DNA of 64,000 bases from Raillietiella orientalis (taxonomy: Eukaryota): assembly GCA_036172245.1 (NCBI GenBank), contig JAYWIR010000033.1, forward strand, positions 1,054,001 to 1,118,000, read 5' to 3'. The translations under genes and the position numbers were made by a program. The stretch's first letter is position 1. Each line of letters starts with the position of its first letter. Below the pieces are notes generated by a model. That model ran no database searches and was not told the DNA's origin. It worked only from the letters and a program-made list of their open reading frames with translations. This document shows positions 1 to 14,229 of this stretch, piece after piece.

Positions 1-1547
1 CAGACAACGTCCATTGAGAAGACGTCTATATCCACTGTCAAGTGCTGTCCATCTCCTGACGAAGGAAAACTCAGGAATTTCCCTGTTCTCGTCAGAGCGG
101 TCCTTGAAGAGTTGTCTGTGGAGACCTTGAGAATCCCTTTAGAGTCGTGCGAGACGGAACGAGGATCGTCCCAAGCTCGCGGAGGGTGGGAACCCTGCGG
201 CATTGAGCAGCGGCTGCCTCAATCCTCCACGCACGTCCCTTCCGTAGGAATAGAAGTGCCGTCACCATCAGCTGAAGTCCCTGGACTCTGCGCGCCGTGT
301 GGGTGGGCAAGTTTGCCTACTGAGAAGGGTAGAAAAGTCGGGAACGGAGATAGCGAAACGCATTCGGGAAGGAGGACATCTGAGCGCCTGCCTCCCACGC
401 ATGGCGTCCGCGGCCTTCACGGGCATCGTATCTCTCCTGAGGCATGGAGGGTCCTGATAACTCACAGTGCCTCGAGGTCCACAGTCATGGCGAAGAGGGA
501 TCATCAGCCATGCTTTGATCTCCGTGCCTGCGGTGTGACAAAGACCTCCTGACACCTCCGAAATTCGCAGTCCATCGTTTTGCACGCGGCATCGGCTTCT
601 ACCCCTGGATCCAGGTTCCGCGGCGCATTTGCCGACCCGAACGAGGGCTGCGGCGAAATCGAGCCGGGATCTTCGATCCCGGAGCCTGCGGATCCAACAT
701 GCGGGGTTGGAAAGAGAGCAGAAACGACCCTGTCAATGTTGGGATCTTCCGAGCGGCGTCCGATGCCGCGACCGGACCACATGGAGGATGCTCTGACAAG
801 TTGCACACCTAACCGTGAGCTGCAGCTCTCTTTAGCCGCCGAGGGGTTGCGACTTGCCGCAGGGTTTCCCGACCTCGCGCTGCGGGCTCGGAGCCACCGA
901 AACGGCCACCTCACCAAACTAGGGCGAAGGCGGCAAGGCTGGGGAGGCATCTCACGCTGCGAACCTATTCGGAAGTTGACCCGATGGTCCCTCCAAAGTT
1001 CCCGAATCCCATGGGCATCATCATCCTCTCTTCCTGCCTCCTCGAGAGAGAGGATATCCCAGCTGGGGTGACCGGGTGGCGGCCAGATCTCGACGACCTA
1101 GTCCAGGAATCCTTGCGGATACACCCTAACCGTCAGGATCCGAAAGTCGGGGGCGGACCCGTGTGTCTGTGCAGGGTTACGTGAGTCTTCGACTTCGATT
1201 CTCGGAGAGTTAGCGCGCTGCTGGCGTCTCTCCGACCGCTCCAAGGTTCGCGAGCTGGCAAAATGCGCGCAATGAGCTCTTTCGCTCCTGAGACGCAGGG
1301 GGGTGGTTTAAAAAGCGGAGAGTTCCCAATGCGGCGTCCCCCCCACTCAGCGACCACAGAGAGAAGGTGGATGCCGCTCCACTTTCTCATTTCGTTGCCA
1401 AGTGCGCATCTCCCGGGAGAACTTGGCAATGATGCAGAGAGCATCGTTTTCTCTCTCCTGCTCTGCCTTTTTATGGAACAGATCGGCCAGTCTTTCTACT
1501 GGTTCATCAATCCAACCCCAAGCTGATCATCAGCCCTCAACAGTGAC

Positions 1548-1975
1548 GTCAGCAACCGGACGATGAATCACGGAGGACCATGGCGAAGTGACGACCGAGG
1601 TCGAGAAGGTTGCCGTCAAGCAGCGGGAGCCGCCAGCCGCCAGCCAGAGTGTTCGGAAAAACAGACTCGAGGCTCGAGCCAGTCCTGGCGCTCAGGGACG
1701 AAGGGAAGGCGGCGGTGGACGTCGCTCGCCCCTATGAATCTTCCACCAGCGGAGCAAGACAAAAGGAAAGCAAACACAGGGAAGAGTGGATCTCCGCTTC
1801 CTCTCCGAAGGACCACCTGCTTTTGTAAGGGCAGGAGCAGTTGGACCTCTGATGCGTTGGTATCGGTGGAACTGAAAGTCTCCAAGGAGCACACCTCCGA
1901 AAAAGAAATGATGTGCTCGAACGTACAGCATTCTTGGGACGTGCCCTGGAGGCATCGATCGGGCCACTTCCCGTA
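1548..1975 (+). mobile_element. RLE endonuclease fragment; inverted near-identical copy at 43790-44212
   Basis: SRLEPVLALRDEGKAAVDVARPYE..ARQKESKH followed by KGRSSW (PD/DV.P.E/K..KY-like order). The reverse complement matches 43790-44212. Confidence 0.6.
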
Positions 1976-3714
1976 ATGGGAAAGCCTTCGAAACCCACAT
2001 GGAGAGCTGAGAGAAAAAGCAGGTTAGGGTGGTTGAAACGCTGCCACCGTCATTCCAGCAGTTCCCACCAAGCGTTCCCAGTGGAAAAGGTGCCCTCTTG
2101 TTCAGTCCCGGCAAATATCTTCCGGCACTTGCAGGACGGTCCCTCTGCCGCTTCCAACAGATGATCCTCTGGGACTCCACTTTTCCTCTCGTCTTTGCCG
2201 AAAATTCTTCCTCCATTTTTGCTCCATCTGTGATGGGTTTTCGGCTTCGAGAATGCACGCGCGCTCGCCCTACCTTCACCACTCTCCCTCCATCGTCCAG
2301 CGCCCGGCAGCTTCCAGAACGGGGAAGGGAAGCTGACGAATTGCAAACAGCTTCACTCCGCCTCCTTGCACGGGGATGCCCATGTCTTCGTTTCCCCGAG
2401 GACCAGGAAGCAACACGAGAGATGCCGTCTCTCCCTTCGCTGATTTCGTTTCCCGGGAGACTCTAGGATTCCCCGGCGAAAATCGAATGATCGCGACCCC
2501 GGCGCATCCCTCCGCAGAGGCACCTCTGCTCGTGTCCCCACGCCCGCGACCCATGGCATTTCGGTTACCTGCCCTTTCCGGCGGATCGCGAGTTCCTTGT
2601 CTACTGATCCACGCGTCAACCATCCATTGTGGTGATGACGGCTGCGGACTAACCGGTCAGCCATTTCGCGAGAGGATCGCATTCTCCGCCATCCCCTCAT
2701 TCTCCTTTACAACCCCCTGCTTGCTAATCGGCCCTCCTCCCCCGCCCTCCTCCCCCAACTTCAACTCTTTTTCCGAATTAATTGCATCGATACGGGCTGC
2801 CTTCCTCCCCATTTTACAGATCCACACGCAGCTGCATTTCCAGACCATCTCGGCGTAAAGATGCTGTTCGGATTATTCTCTCTCTGAAACATAATTTCCT
2901 TTTGGGATCAATAACCTTTCCTTCGTCACTCTTGTTCGCATACATTGTCCCCGAGGGATTCATCAGAAAGCAATCCGCACATCTCTCCTTATCAACTCAT
3001 TCGCTCCTGGATCTCTCCTGCGGCACCCGTTCCGAGACGGAGGAGTAGAAATCAGTGGGTTGAGTGGATCGCAGGATCTTCGCGAGAGTCGAGAGGTCGA
3101 GGCGGATACCTCGAAGAGTGTTCTGGAGGAGCCGGGAAGGCAAAAGGACAAATCGCGAGGTCCAGCCCGGAATGCGGCCGGACCCGAGAACGATAGGAGG
3201 GACACGGTCGGTTCATCCCGAGAAGCAGAAATCAAGGTCCGGGATGCGAAGATAGGAAGGGAGAGCAAGCGAGGCTCCTCCTTTACGTCACATCCTTTCT
3301 GGATTCGTCACACGCGGTTGCCAACCACGGTCCAGAGGAGGCCGTGGGGGTCGACAGAAAGGGGCCGTAAAGTGCGCGAAGGCGAACTTTTTTTCCAATC
3401 CGCGCCTCTCCGCTCTTAGGCCTCTCCTGGTCTGCAAAGGTCTCGACCTTTGCAGACCACCACGAGATGCTCCTTTGCGAGTCCCAGAGCACAGCAGTTT
3501 CAGGATCAGTCCGCCAGACCGGAATGTTCCGAGCGTTGCGCGTGAAAGGAATCCCGGAAACCTCCACAGGAACCTCACGGAAAGATCAGAAGGATCGCGA
3601 ATACTCGACCGGGAATGCTCCAAGTGTTGCCTTGCGAGGGAAGGAGGCAACGGAGGACCCTCATCTGAACTTGGAGCTCTTTCCTGAAGCCCTAGTTGGG
3701 ATTTCGTGGAATTG

Positions 3715-4400
3715 GCGTGCATGAAATATGATAGTAATGGACCCACACGTCCATGTATATATGCATGTGGCATTGAGTACATCGTGAAGAATATGGTACA
3801 CACTGTAGTAAACTCTCTCTTCCATGAACCGAGTTGCTGTGAAGGCTTCTATGCACACTATATTATGCAATAGATGTGGAACACAGTGTGTACCGCACTG
3901 TGCAAACAATGCCACGTCCACTACATTCTTCGTACAGTCTAGGGCATATGCCTGCAAGTACATTCACATTATAGATGCATGTTGTGAACTATGCACCGCA
4001 CATAGCGCAGTAGAATGTGCGTCAAAATGCACAGTATATATATTCCATAGTATGTGGTATAATGTACTGTGTATAATCTACTGCAACACGTATAGTGAAG
4101 TGGACCACACTACGCAATACACACACTTTACACTATGCATGTATGCTATGCCATACCACGAACACTGTAATATACTGTATATACTGCACCATATGCACTA
4201 TATATGTATACTATAGCACGTTATATAAAGCACAACGTGCGCTACACCATACAAACTATGCTACATGCAGTGTATTGTCCATACTATGCATGTGTACTAT
4301 ATATGCATGTTTGTATTCATATGCATATGTGTAGGCATACATGGACACTCACACGGACACTACATATACGTGCATTATTCTTCGTTGTTTGTAGACAGAA
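3715..4400. repeat. AT-rich purine/pyrimidine-alternating low-complexity island
   Basis: Dense TATA/TGCA/TACA/CATG words such as tatatgcatgtttgtattcatatgcatatgtg. Confidence 0.8.
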
Positions 4401-5261
4401 ATTACTTCAGGCCAGCATGGTTATGGGGAATAACAAAGCAATCGGTTTCTGGTCCAAATGCAGACGCAATCTCGCGGATAACTTTATGGAGCGCAACCTT
4501 GGATGGCCGCTTTCCTTTCCAATCGGCTGCGCGCCATTACTGTCGACATTCCGCCGTAAAACAATTTTTGTCATCGACACTTTCTTGAGGTTGAGTTCCT
4601 GAGCACCAGCACGGAAAGTTTCCTCCGTCACGTCTGGACCGTCAGGGAGGACGCTCTGCCTGCCTCTCGACGCACGCGCCCATCGCATCCTGCTGGACCC
4701 CGATTTTCCACCGACCGCCTTTTCCCTACTGATCCTGCCTCCTTTTCTTCAGCCCTTGAACTCCTCTTTCGGCCACTGCCGCGTTTCTGGTTTTCACGTG
4801 CACCTCCTGGTCCCTTGAAAAACACGGGAAGTCGAAATGTCGGCAGAAACATCAAATGGTTGAATCACCGCACGAGAGGAGCTGACGATCTCGCCTCGGG
4901 GCTTTCGATTCAAAGGGTCCCATAAATCAGCCGAAAGAGAAAGAAATGCGAAAGTAAGTATTGATTTTGGTACGTGGCTTTTCTCCTCGCTCGCACAGAA
5001 CGAAGCAGTCAATGGAGGAAAACAAAATGATATGACCAAGTAGTCATCCCTGCTTGCCATTTAATTCTCCTCTCTGGGTCGGCGCGCGTTTTCCGCTGCG
5101 GATGAGTTTTCCCTTTTCCGTAATTTTTTCTTTCATTTCGGTTGAGGAATTCCGTTCATGCAGTTCCGATTCTGCGAGGTGATGATGTCCTTGACGACTG
5201 GCAGGCACAGGCTGCAGGTCGCTTGGTTCCCGAAGAGAGGCCATCGAGGCCAGAACTCAAG

Positions 5262-5722
5262 CCAGAGGGAACTCTGGCGAAGATCAGCAACCACCCCTTC
5301 GCCCTAAGAGCTGGGTGCGAGGGAGGAAGACGGATCCAACCAGCTGCCCGTTTCCTTAGGGGGAGCTGGAGCTTGTCGGAGCGGAAAAAGAGGGAAGAAG
5401 ACTCATCTGGTGAAGCGGTCTTCGGAGCGAAATGACCACCGACCCGTTCTGAACCTTCAAACGAGCGGAAAGTTCGTTTGCCTGCACGCCGAATCGCCGG
5501 CCGCCGGCTCCGCAAGATGTCCCGGTGCGCCCATCCAGGCAGACAGAGCCGATGCTGAGAGATGAAAGAACATCACTTACCACGCGATGTGCTGAGGAAT
5601 GGCCTTTTCAAGTTTGGTGACGTTTGTAAGACGTGCGGCAATGCTGGAAGGATACTTCTTGTGATGTGGTTCACTTCAGACGAATTTGAATAATGCATTG
5701 ACACCAACATTATGCCTCTGTT
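5262..5722 (+). repeat. 461-bp dispersed direct repeat, copy 1 (starts inside a weak RLE-like relic, ELKPEG..RGSW)
   Basis: Matches 55314-55774 at a constant offset of 50,052, with one mismatch seen (5269/55321). Confidence 0.95.
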
Positions 5723-8369
5723 AAGAATGTGATAAACTTTTGTAAACGAGGGAACCCTTTCCTCCAAAAGGCATAAACATGCCTGTCTCTGAGCAATCGC
5801 ACAATAAATTGGAAGGTGTTGTGTACTATGGACAACACGGCGGTGACAACCACGGAAGTCGGAAACCTCTAAGACGTGTGCAGCGTGACTCACCTGAAGA
5901 AGTAAGTCACTGGTCCCGAAGAAAGGTGGCGCCCGCAAGAGCCTAGCCTGCATCCGTCTCCTGACTGAGTGCTGGTCCAGCTCTCCAATTTTTATTGCTT
6001 CCAGCTTTCCTTGCTACCTTCAGCCCACAGCAAGAAACGAGGAAGTTTCAGTCGTGGAGGGGTTCCTGCATTCAAAAACTTGAGAAGAAAGATCCGGAGT
6101 GTGTCAGAGACAACTCCACCAGCACCCGGAAGTGCGGGGAGTGGCATCCAGCAGACCCCTTCGTTCTTTCCTAAATTCCACTCATGCGAGCTTGCAACTT
6201 GACGCTGCCAGAGGTTCTTGAAATCCGCTCTTCACGGCCCAACAAATTCCATGTTTCCAGCCCACGAGCGGCTGGCTGGGTGGGTTCGAAACCGGCTGGA
6301 AACGGATGCCCGCTCCAAATGCGAGATCCTCATCGGTGTCCCTCACGAAAGATTATACACCGTAGAAGTGTTCCGCTCTCCGGAACCACGTGAACTCGGT
6401 GTTCGTTTTCGTGTCTTTTTGCATTGCAAAGACTCGAAGCTCGCAGCATTCGCTGGTCGTTGCCCCTCATAGACAGATCTCTTTCAACGCAGTGGTCACT
6501 TGCTGCCTTGTCTGAGGGCTCCATACCTTGATGGCAGACCTTGCAGACTCCACCGAAGGGGTCTTCCGGAACTGCCCAAGACGAACCACGTGATTGAATC
6601 GGCTCAGCAGTGAGTCAGCAGGATCGACACCAAGCAGCAGAGGAACTTGAGGAAACGTGCAAAAGGGTTTGCGGCAGCTGCAGACATCGTTTTGTTTCCT
6701 CTCTCCATCCGATCCAGAAGAGAGCAAAAAAGGGTGGTGCAAGCGTGCCTGCCTTCGACACGAGAGTTCCCGGAGAGGACGTTTGATATGTCGGAGTTTT
6801 GGAACTTGCGGCGCCGTGGTTCCCCAGCAGCCTGTGAATTTCGGTACGCCGTGCGATTGTGGTCAGAGATGCCGGTGCTGAACTCTTACATGAGCTTGCG
6901 CTGCATCCCGGGAAGGCGAAGAGCAAGACCGATGATGCTCTGAGCCACGGTCTGGATCGAAAACTCCATGATTGGAAACTCTTCCGTCTCCACGGCTCCC
7001 CATGGATTGAGGGGGGGGGGGGTAGAGAATACCAAAGCTGCCTTTTTTGTTGGGAACCTGATGGTTCTTGAAGGCTGCTGTGGTTTCGAAGATCAGGAAG
7101 AAGGGTAACTATTAGGCTGGTGCTGCCAAAAAAACTGCGGTTTCCATCATTTCAAGCTTTGCGCCGATTTTTCCAGTTGCCGTTGTCTTTTGCGCTGGTC
7201 ACGTGATCCACATCATAGCAAACAATGAAGCTGGCACCACTGATTTCATCTCGTGTCCATCGTTTTCCTTCTTTGGTACTGTTGGAGACGACCTCTTAGA
7301 TTCGCCATGGAGAAAAGGCAAATCCGCGCGATTTTGTCGAACGAGTTTCAGGTGGGTCGGAAGATGGAATTTGCTTTTGGCGAAGAGTCAGTCCGTAGTG
7401 CACGTGGGGAGCTCACCCCCACCGACTCCGAACACTTCGCGATGGAAGCGAAAATGAGGAGGGTCGTGGACGTCCTTCAGCTGCAGATTTAAGGTGATTT
7501 AAGAACCGTTAATGAAGCTGCGTAGAAAACAACTCGAGAGGAGGCAGAAGAACTCCGTGTTGATCATGCAACAGCTGTCCGACATTTGAGCCTAATTGGA
7601 AAAGCAAGAAAGCTCAATGGATCAATGGGCGCCGCATGAGCGAATCGAGCAATTCGGCCATACGCAGTCTGCTCTGCGTTTCTTTTGCGTGGCCAAGATG
7701 GCCCCTTCCTGGATGGCATTGCCCCACGTGACGGAAGGCGGATTCCCTACCCCACAGTGGCTGGACCGGGGGGAAGCAGCGAAGCGGTTTCCTAAACCGA
7801 AAAAGATTGCGGTCCCTGCGAGTGGCATCCTTCGCCGCGACTTGTTAAATCCTGGTGAAACCACAGCAGCGGAAACATATTGCTAGGAAACCGAAAGGAT
7901 GCACGAGGAGCTGCATCGCTTACGGCCAGCATTAGTCGATCGAAGAGGACCAGCTCTTCTTCGTGACAACACGCCAGACCACCCGTGTCACGAATGACTT
8001 CAAACAAGGAAACCTCGCCTCGCCCATCCCATCCTCCGCACCTGTCTCTGACAGATTGTCATCTTTTTAAACACTCGAGCAGTTCCCAAGGTGATCAAAG
8101 CATCAGCTCGATGATGAACCCGTTTGATACCAGGACTCCGGGATTCGATCTTGCAGGAGTAAACAAACCCGTTTCCCGTTGGGAGAAACGCGTGCAGGCC
8201 AACGGCCTTCCTTCTTATTACCACATGTGATTTTCAATGGATACGTGCGTCTTTGTACTCGTTGCGTGGAAACCGCAATTTCTTTCGCACCAACCTGATG
8301 GAAGAAGAAGCTCACCTGCTATGAGTGGATGCTGATGCTGATGATCAAAGCCCTGAACAAACTCAAAAA

Positions 8370-9500
8370 TAAGTTGTTATCTCAATATACAGATTTATAT
8401 ATAGATTAGTATGTATTATACATACCATGAAAATGGATACATTGCTTATTATGCATAAATGTGAATATTAATCTATGTATAAATTTGCATATTAATCTTT
8501 ATAAGTACATTAACGCATATTAATCAAAATATATGTATATTGATGTGCATACTTATTAATATTTATTGACATGCATGTTATTAATTAAGTTCATATGTTT
8601 ATTACTTGTTGCTACGTATATTTGCATATGGATTAATGTACATTATAAAGATCATCAAAAATATATATGTTCATTATTTATTTGAATATACTTAATAGTT
8701 TACTATCTATATACATTTGCATATAGAATAATATATATCACAAAGATTGTAAAATATAAATGCATATATATATTGATGTGTATACTGATATGTAACCTAA
8801 CATATAGATTGATATATATTCTATTATAAAAAATAAACGTGTGCGCCTTTTATATAATAAAGATACATATATTTATGCATAGATAAATATGCAAATCTAT
8901 TTTAATGTGCATGTTCCTTGATATAATCAGTAATATGTATTAATATATAAAGATCATAATACATGTTTATTACATGTTTGCATTCATATTTATACACCTA
9001 ATAAATATGTAAGGAATGAATGTGTCGAATTATGGACGTATGTATCGTGGAACGATCAAAATGCCGAAAATGAAATTCGTCATTTACTGAGAAAGGTTCA
9101 TCTATTAAGTGCCGGAAATTATAAGAAAATGCAGAACGAAATTTCTTTTTCGTTTTTTTAATTTGTTTACCGTTTTGCTTTTTTTCCTCAATATCTTTTT
9201 GATGGCCACCATTAATTTTCATCTTTGCAATTCCGAATGTACAAATTCGTTCAATGTATATGTATTACATATATAATTGAATGCACGTAATAAACACGTG
9301 TTTACTCTTTATACTTTTGACTATACATATTAATACGTGTTATTAACCACACCAATAAAAATGTATGTTCAAATACATTTGTACATTTTGTTTATTTAAA
9401 TATCAGCATGCATATTAATATATACAACCAACATGTACGTTCAATTTTCTTAACCTCTATAAAACATATATCAATCTACACATGAAATTACATATTAATA
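8370..9500. repeat. Very AT-rich low-complexity island
   Basis: Abrupt composition shift, TATA/TGCATAT-rich, with almost no ORFs. Confidence 0.85.
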
Positions 9501-10959
9501 CAAACAGTGGGCGTGTGCCTCTCTCCTTATCTTTAGGATCGTTGGGGATTTTGTGGCCGAACCCACGCGTGGGCGAGGCCGACACGGACATCCACGCCTT
9601 CCGGATCTCCACGCCGCGATCTTCCCTGCATTCCGCGGACTTTTCCCCGGTTCGCCACGGAGACAAACCGATCCTAAGGTTTCCAGGGTTGCATACCTCG
9701 AGTTGTCAGGATCTGCAAAAGTTCCATTCTTCAGCCTCGCCGCCGACCGTGCTCCTGCCTGGTGACGGCACTTTATCATCCGAATGCGTTGGAGACGGAG
9801 GCCTCCCTCCCCCCATTCGCTTCCAGTTGCAGCCGACCGGACCACGTCAGCGAACGGAGGACAGAAATCGCCCGAGCATCTCTCTACCGCCCGGCGACCA
9901 GCTTACGTTTCATTGACGAGTCATGCGATCCTCTTTCAGCCATCACGTGACATATGGGAAGCCTTCCCTTTTCCAGCCGTGACTCTCGCGACCTTAGAGT
10001 TGCAGGGCGTCGGGGAGTTGGTCTCCTCGCTGCTGCTACCAGACTCCTGACGAAGACTTCCATTCAAGCGAGCCGCGGGTCCCTTCTACGATGGGGAGGT
10101 TACCGGACAGTTAAGCAGACGACGCGATCTTTTTGACCTTCCGATCTCTGCGAGCCGAAGGCAGTGCAAAGTTTCTGGAACCTCTTCATTCTTAGAGGCA
10201 AAGGTCACCCGGTCGCGTCCATCACTCGTGCCGTCGCGCCGGAGGAAAAGTGACTCTTCCCTCCCTGCTGCGCTTAAGCCTTTTCCAGTGTGGTTCGTAC
10301 ACCTACCACAGAGTCGAGGTAAGGAAGAGATGCGGGGACATCCCGTTTGGGATCTCAGAGGCCTTTCGGAAACGCTCGCGCTACTCTTCGCGCCTTGGCG
10401 CACCAAAAGCTGGTTAGCAGTCCAGGGTGATGGAATGCAAGGAGTAGCCAAAGTGCTGACCACAAGCAGGTGGTCCCTTCGTGCTTTCCGGTCTGTGGAG
10501 GATACATAGGGAATTACGCAGGCACGAAGCAAAACGTGGTGCTCTTAGATAGCGTGCATCTTCGGTGGATGGCATTTTCTGCTTGTGGTGAAACCGGAGG
10601 AACGAGCGACACCAATATTTCGTCGAGAAAGAGGAAAAAGGGGTGATTCGTTTCCAGAGCATACTCTTCTTCCTTTCCGTCGAAATGAGGAGTCACGTGT
10701 TCGTCCTCACAGTGCTAGAGAGGGATGGAAACGAGGAAGAGAAGGGGAGCGGGAAAACTTTGGGAAAAAGCAGCAACCGGCCTCGAGCAGACCGGGGTGC
10801 ATACTCGTTGAGCAGGTGGAAAAGGGAACTCGAAAATAGCCTGCAGCAAAAGTATGCTTTTCGAGGAATCGCCCTGTGTGTGTGTCTTCCATGCTGAGTG
10901 CTGCGAATAATAGGTGAAAGATGAGAAGTGGGAGCATCCGAACAGCTCGATAAGACAGT

Positions 10960-11700
10960 GCAGCAAGCTCTGGATTCGAAAAACGTTCCCGTCTTTCGAA
11001 AACCGGACAGGCTCTTCTGAACCATGGTCAAGGTCATCCTGGAAATCTCGTCCCAACCAAGGAGGAAGCAGTTTCTGCCTGAGAGTCCAGGACTATCGAT
11101 TCATCCACGCGGCCCGAATGAACGTCCCACCAATCAGAGCTGGGTCCAGGACGAAACCAGAAGAACGCGCGTGTCGGAGCTGCCGGAGGGAAGACGAAAC
11201 GCTGCCTCACACATTAAAAGGGGATGTGGGAGGCACTTTCATCTGCCCATTGCGCGACACGAACGGCGATTCAAGAGGTCATCATCAAGGCTGCAGCACA
11301 TGAAGCAAAGTGGACCCCGGTGTCCACGAGCCAGGGAGCTCCAGGAACGAACTCCCCCTTAAAGCCAGACTTTGTGATGAAAAAAGGAAACCGGTTCACA
11401 GCGCTGGACGTCTGATGCCCATAGGAGGGTGGAGGTGCGGCGTTCAGAGCAGCTAGGAGGATAAAACAGGAAAAGTACAAGGAAGCAGCCATCCAGCTAG
11501 GCAGAGAAAGGAAGCAATGCAGGGTGCACGCTCTCTGGAAGCCTGGGATCCAGGTAACGAGGAAGTGCTCCAGGGTCTTGGAATTCCTAAAAAGCACTCG
11601 GAATGGATGTTTAAACCCGGTTGCGCCGTGACGTTTATTTTGAAACAGGAACAATATATCCTACAAGGAGGAGGGGAAGAGTATCCCCTCAGAAACACGA
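10960..11700 (+). mobile_element. 3' fragment of RLE-type non-LTR retrotransposon (NeSL/Utopia-like): CCHC finger and PD-(D/E)xK endonuclease, decayed
   Basis: DYRFIHAARMNVPP..CRSCRREDETLPHTL (11091-11220); LKPDFVMKKGNRFTALDV*CP*E..ARRIKQEKY (11359-11478); AWDPGNEEVLQGLGIP (~11540-11590). Confidence 0.85.
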
Positions 11701-11779
11701 AACGCCAAAAAGGAGAAAAGTTCACCCGGGATAACCACCGTCGCGCAAGTCGGCTTCCAAAAACTAGGGAACGCAGGGG

Positions 11780-13330
11780 AGGGGCAGTAAATAAAGAAAA
11801 AAAAAGAAGGAAAGGTGGGAACAGGGGTCTTCGGTTAAAGACGTTCCTTCCATTCTAGAAGCGACTGTGGATGGTGGCGATCTCCCTGGCGACTTCTGGA
11901 AGATGAGGCTACCCTGCTGCTGTCCTCATGAGGGCCGCTGTTGCCATGCTGGTGGAGTCTCTTCGCCACGAACAGCTAGTCTCTTCCAGCACGTGGCGGT
12001 CTGTCAAGATGGCGCGGATGCAACCGACTGTTGCGATCACAGCGCTTTTCGGAGCGACGGGGGGGCTGTCCTGCACGCCATCCGCTTCCTGCAGATAGCT
12101 TCGAGGTGGCCCCACTTGGAAAGGGGGAGGGAGAAGCTCGCCGGCATCCTTCGACGGATGCAGAGGTCTCACCCACCACGAAATGCGATCCCTTCCCTTC
12201 CCTCCAACTAATTTTTGTTTTTTTTTTTGCTCGGTTTTATTGTTGGTTATAGTTTCTTTCTTTTTTTTCTAGTTTTGTTTCATCCTCCTTCCCCTTCATG
12301 GACGTGATGGACCTCTCCGGCGTCCTAGTTTTAGTGTAATAATTGGAATCCGTGAGCCCTTTGGCTCCATCTATCCCTCCAAGAGAAATAAACGCCCCGG
12401 CGCACCCGGATGTGACATCACCGTGCCTTTTTTCAGTCCGCGCCTTTTCTGTGGAAAGTCGCCGCAGCAAGTCTGTTGCAGTGTCCTGCGGTCTTCAGAG
12501 TGCCGCAGCGATCTCCGCCACGTGTCCTCCAGGGCACTGTAGTCCAACGGCAGGTGCAGGAGCGATTCCATCGTCCCACCACACCTGGAACAGTTCGGGG
12601 AGACAACTCCCCCGGAAAGCAGGTGCCTGCGCTGATTTCATTGGAATGCCCAGCGAAGAAACAGCAGAACATCCTGTTTCCAGCGTGACGGGAACATGGA
12701 GGTGTCCACGCAAAGGGAGAGGATCACGAGTTATTCGGGGGGCACACCCAGCAGGTCACTCCACCGAAGGAGTCCCCTCGCACAGAAACGAGGAGTGCAA
12801 CTCCCTCCTCGTCTTCCAGCCGTCAAGGAACTTCTCGACTCCTGCAAGGCTGCAGACGAACTCACACTTCGCCGGTTGACTGTTGTCATTTCTTGCTCTG
12901 AGGGCAGGCAGTGCTGCAGCAAAGGGTGTGACGGCTCTCAGTGACCATTGCATCCAATCCTTCAGGAGATCTTCCAGCGGTTTGCGTAGGAGACCCGGAA
13001 GCGACCGCAGTACTTCTAAGCCAACTTCCAAAGTGGCAGCCCAGGACTCCAGAGCCCCCTGCCGCCAGGCATTCCAGCTCACGGGGGGGCAGGGGATCCA
13101 CGGATGGGCTAACAGTAACGAGGACAGATGCCTCGAGGGGTATCCAAATGCGATCTCACGGCGTAGGTTGCGCGGCAGTAGCGAAAGAAGTCGGACTGGT
13201 GACGATGAGGCACCGGAATGTGGCTTCGTGCATCCGGTACTCCAGCGACATCTATGCAGCCCATTGGTCACACGGAAGACCGACAAACGGATGCGGCAGC
13301 AGAACCCCAGTGGTCAGCTCTCGCGAGACG
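11780..13330 (-). mobile_element. 3' half of L1/Tx1-like ORF2 and start of 3' UTR, decayed and interrupted
   Basis: TPFAAALPALRARNDNS..GWKTR, GLLRWSDLLGVP, CSRCGGTMESLLHL.LD..ALEDTW and AVIATVGCIRA all have counterparts at 27640-28160. GACCCCTGTTCCC followed by a T-rich tract at ~11830-11790. Confidence 0.75.
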
Positions 13331-14229
13331 AAGAAGAGGAAGCTGAGGAAGCGACGTGCTGAGGGGCGACGAGCTCCCCAGATGAATACAGGAAGAACCC
13401 AGAAGAATGTCAGTTAACTAATTGTAAATCAAAACAATAAACAACTGGAGAAGATTTCGTGGAGCATTGGTTGGCAAGCGCTCGTTCCTTCTTTTCCCAT
13501 TCCGGGATCAAACTAGAAACAGATTGAGGCTTGACATTGAGGCCATGCTGCTTGGAGAGCCGTGGACGACAGGTTCAAACGGAAGTTTCGCTGCTTGGAA
13601 AAGTGAACTTCCACTTCACCTCGCTAAAAGACTGGCCCTAGAAGCTCACGCAGGTCATCCTTGTTCGAGTTTCAAAGCCGGCTCCCTGGCTGTTGAATCC
13701 TGCAGCAGTGCTCACAGGTGACCGTCACGAGGTTGCTACCTTAGCAACGCTGCAATCTCTGAAGGTTTTTTTCGATCTTCTCGAAGACTCATAAAAATGC
13801 AAGTCATGGGACGTGCTCAGCATGAACGAAAAAATGCTCATTCTTCCCGATTACAAAAAGAGTGTCTGTGTATCAAACACGAGCCAAAAAAAAAAAAAAA
13901 AAGTCACTCTAAACTGGAACTTTGACATTTTGCGGACTCGGAGACTTCAGGAGCCTCTCTGCCCGCCGTTCTGGATGTCCACTTTTTTCAGCCGTGCTTT
14001 TGGAACCTTCGCTTACTCGCATTCATGAAACACGGTCGGCCCTTTTCCTCTACATTGTAAGGAGGCGCCAGGGATTGATTGATGCTGCTGCTGGTTCCTT
14101 AAAAGCGGGTCTGTGTGGCGAGGAGGCGGTCGCTGCTTGCAACACGTGCCAGCGACGCCACACAGAAGATGGCTAGAGGATGCTTGCCGTCCATGCTCCC
14201 AGGACAACGTGTTTGAAGTCAGCCACGCC

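Noticed and set aside
1..560. APE endonuclease relic on the minus strand
   Set aside because: Only faint motif echoes, not supportable without a profile search.
3824..4602. Cys/His/Tyr-rich ORFs resembling metal-binding proteins
   Set aside because: Artefact of translating RY-alternating low-complexity DNA.
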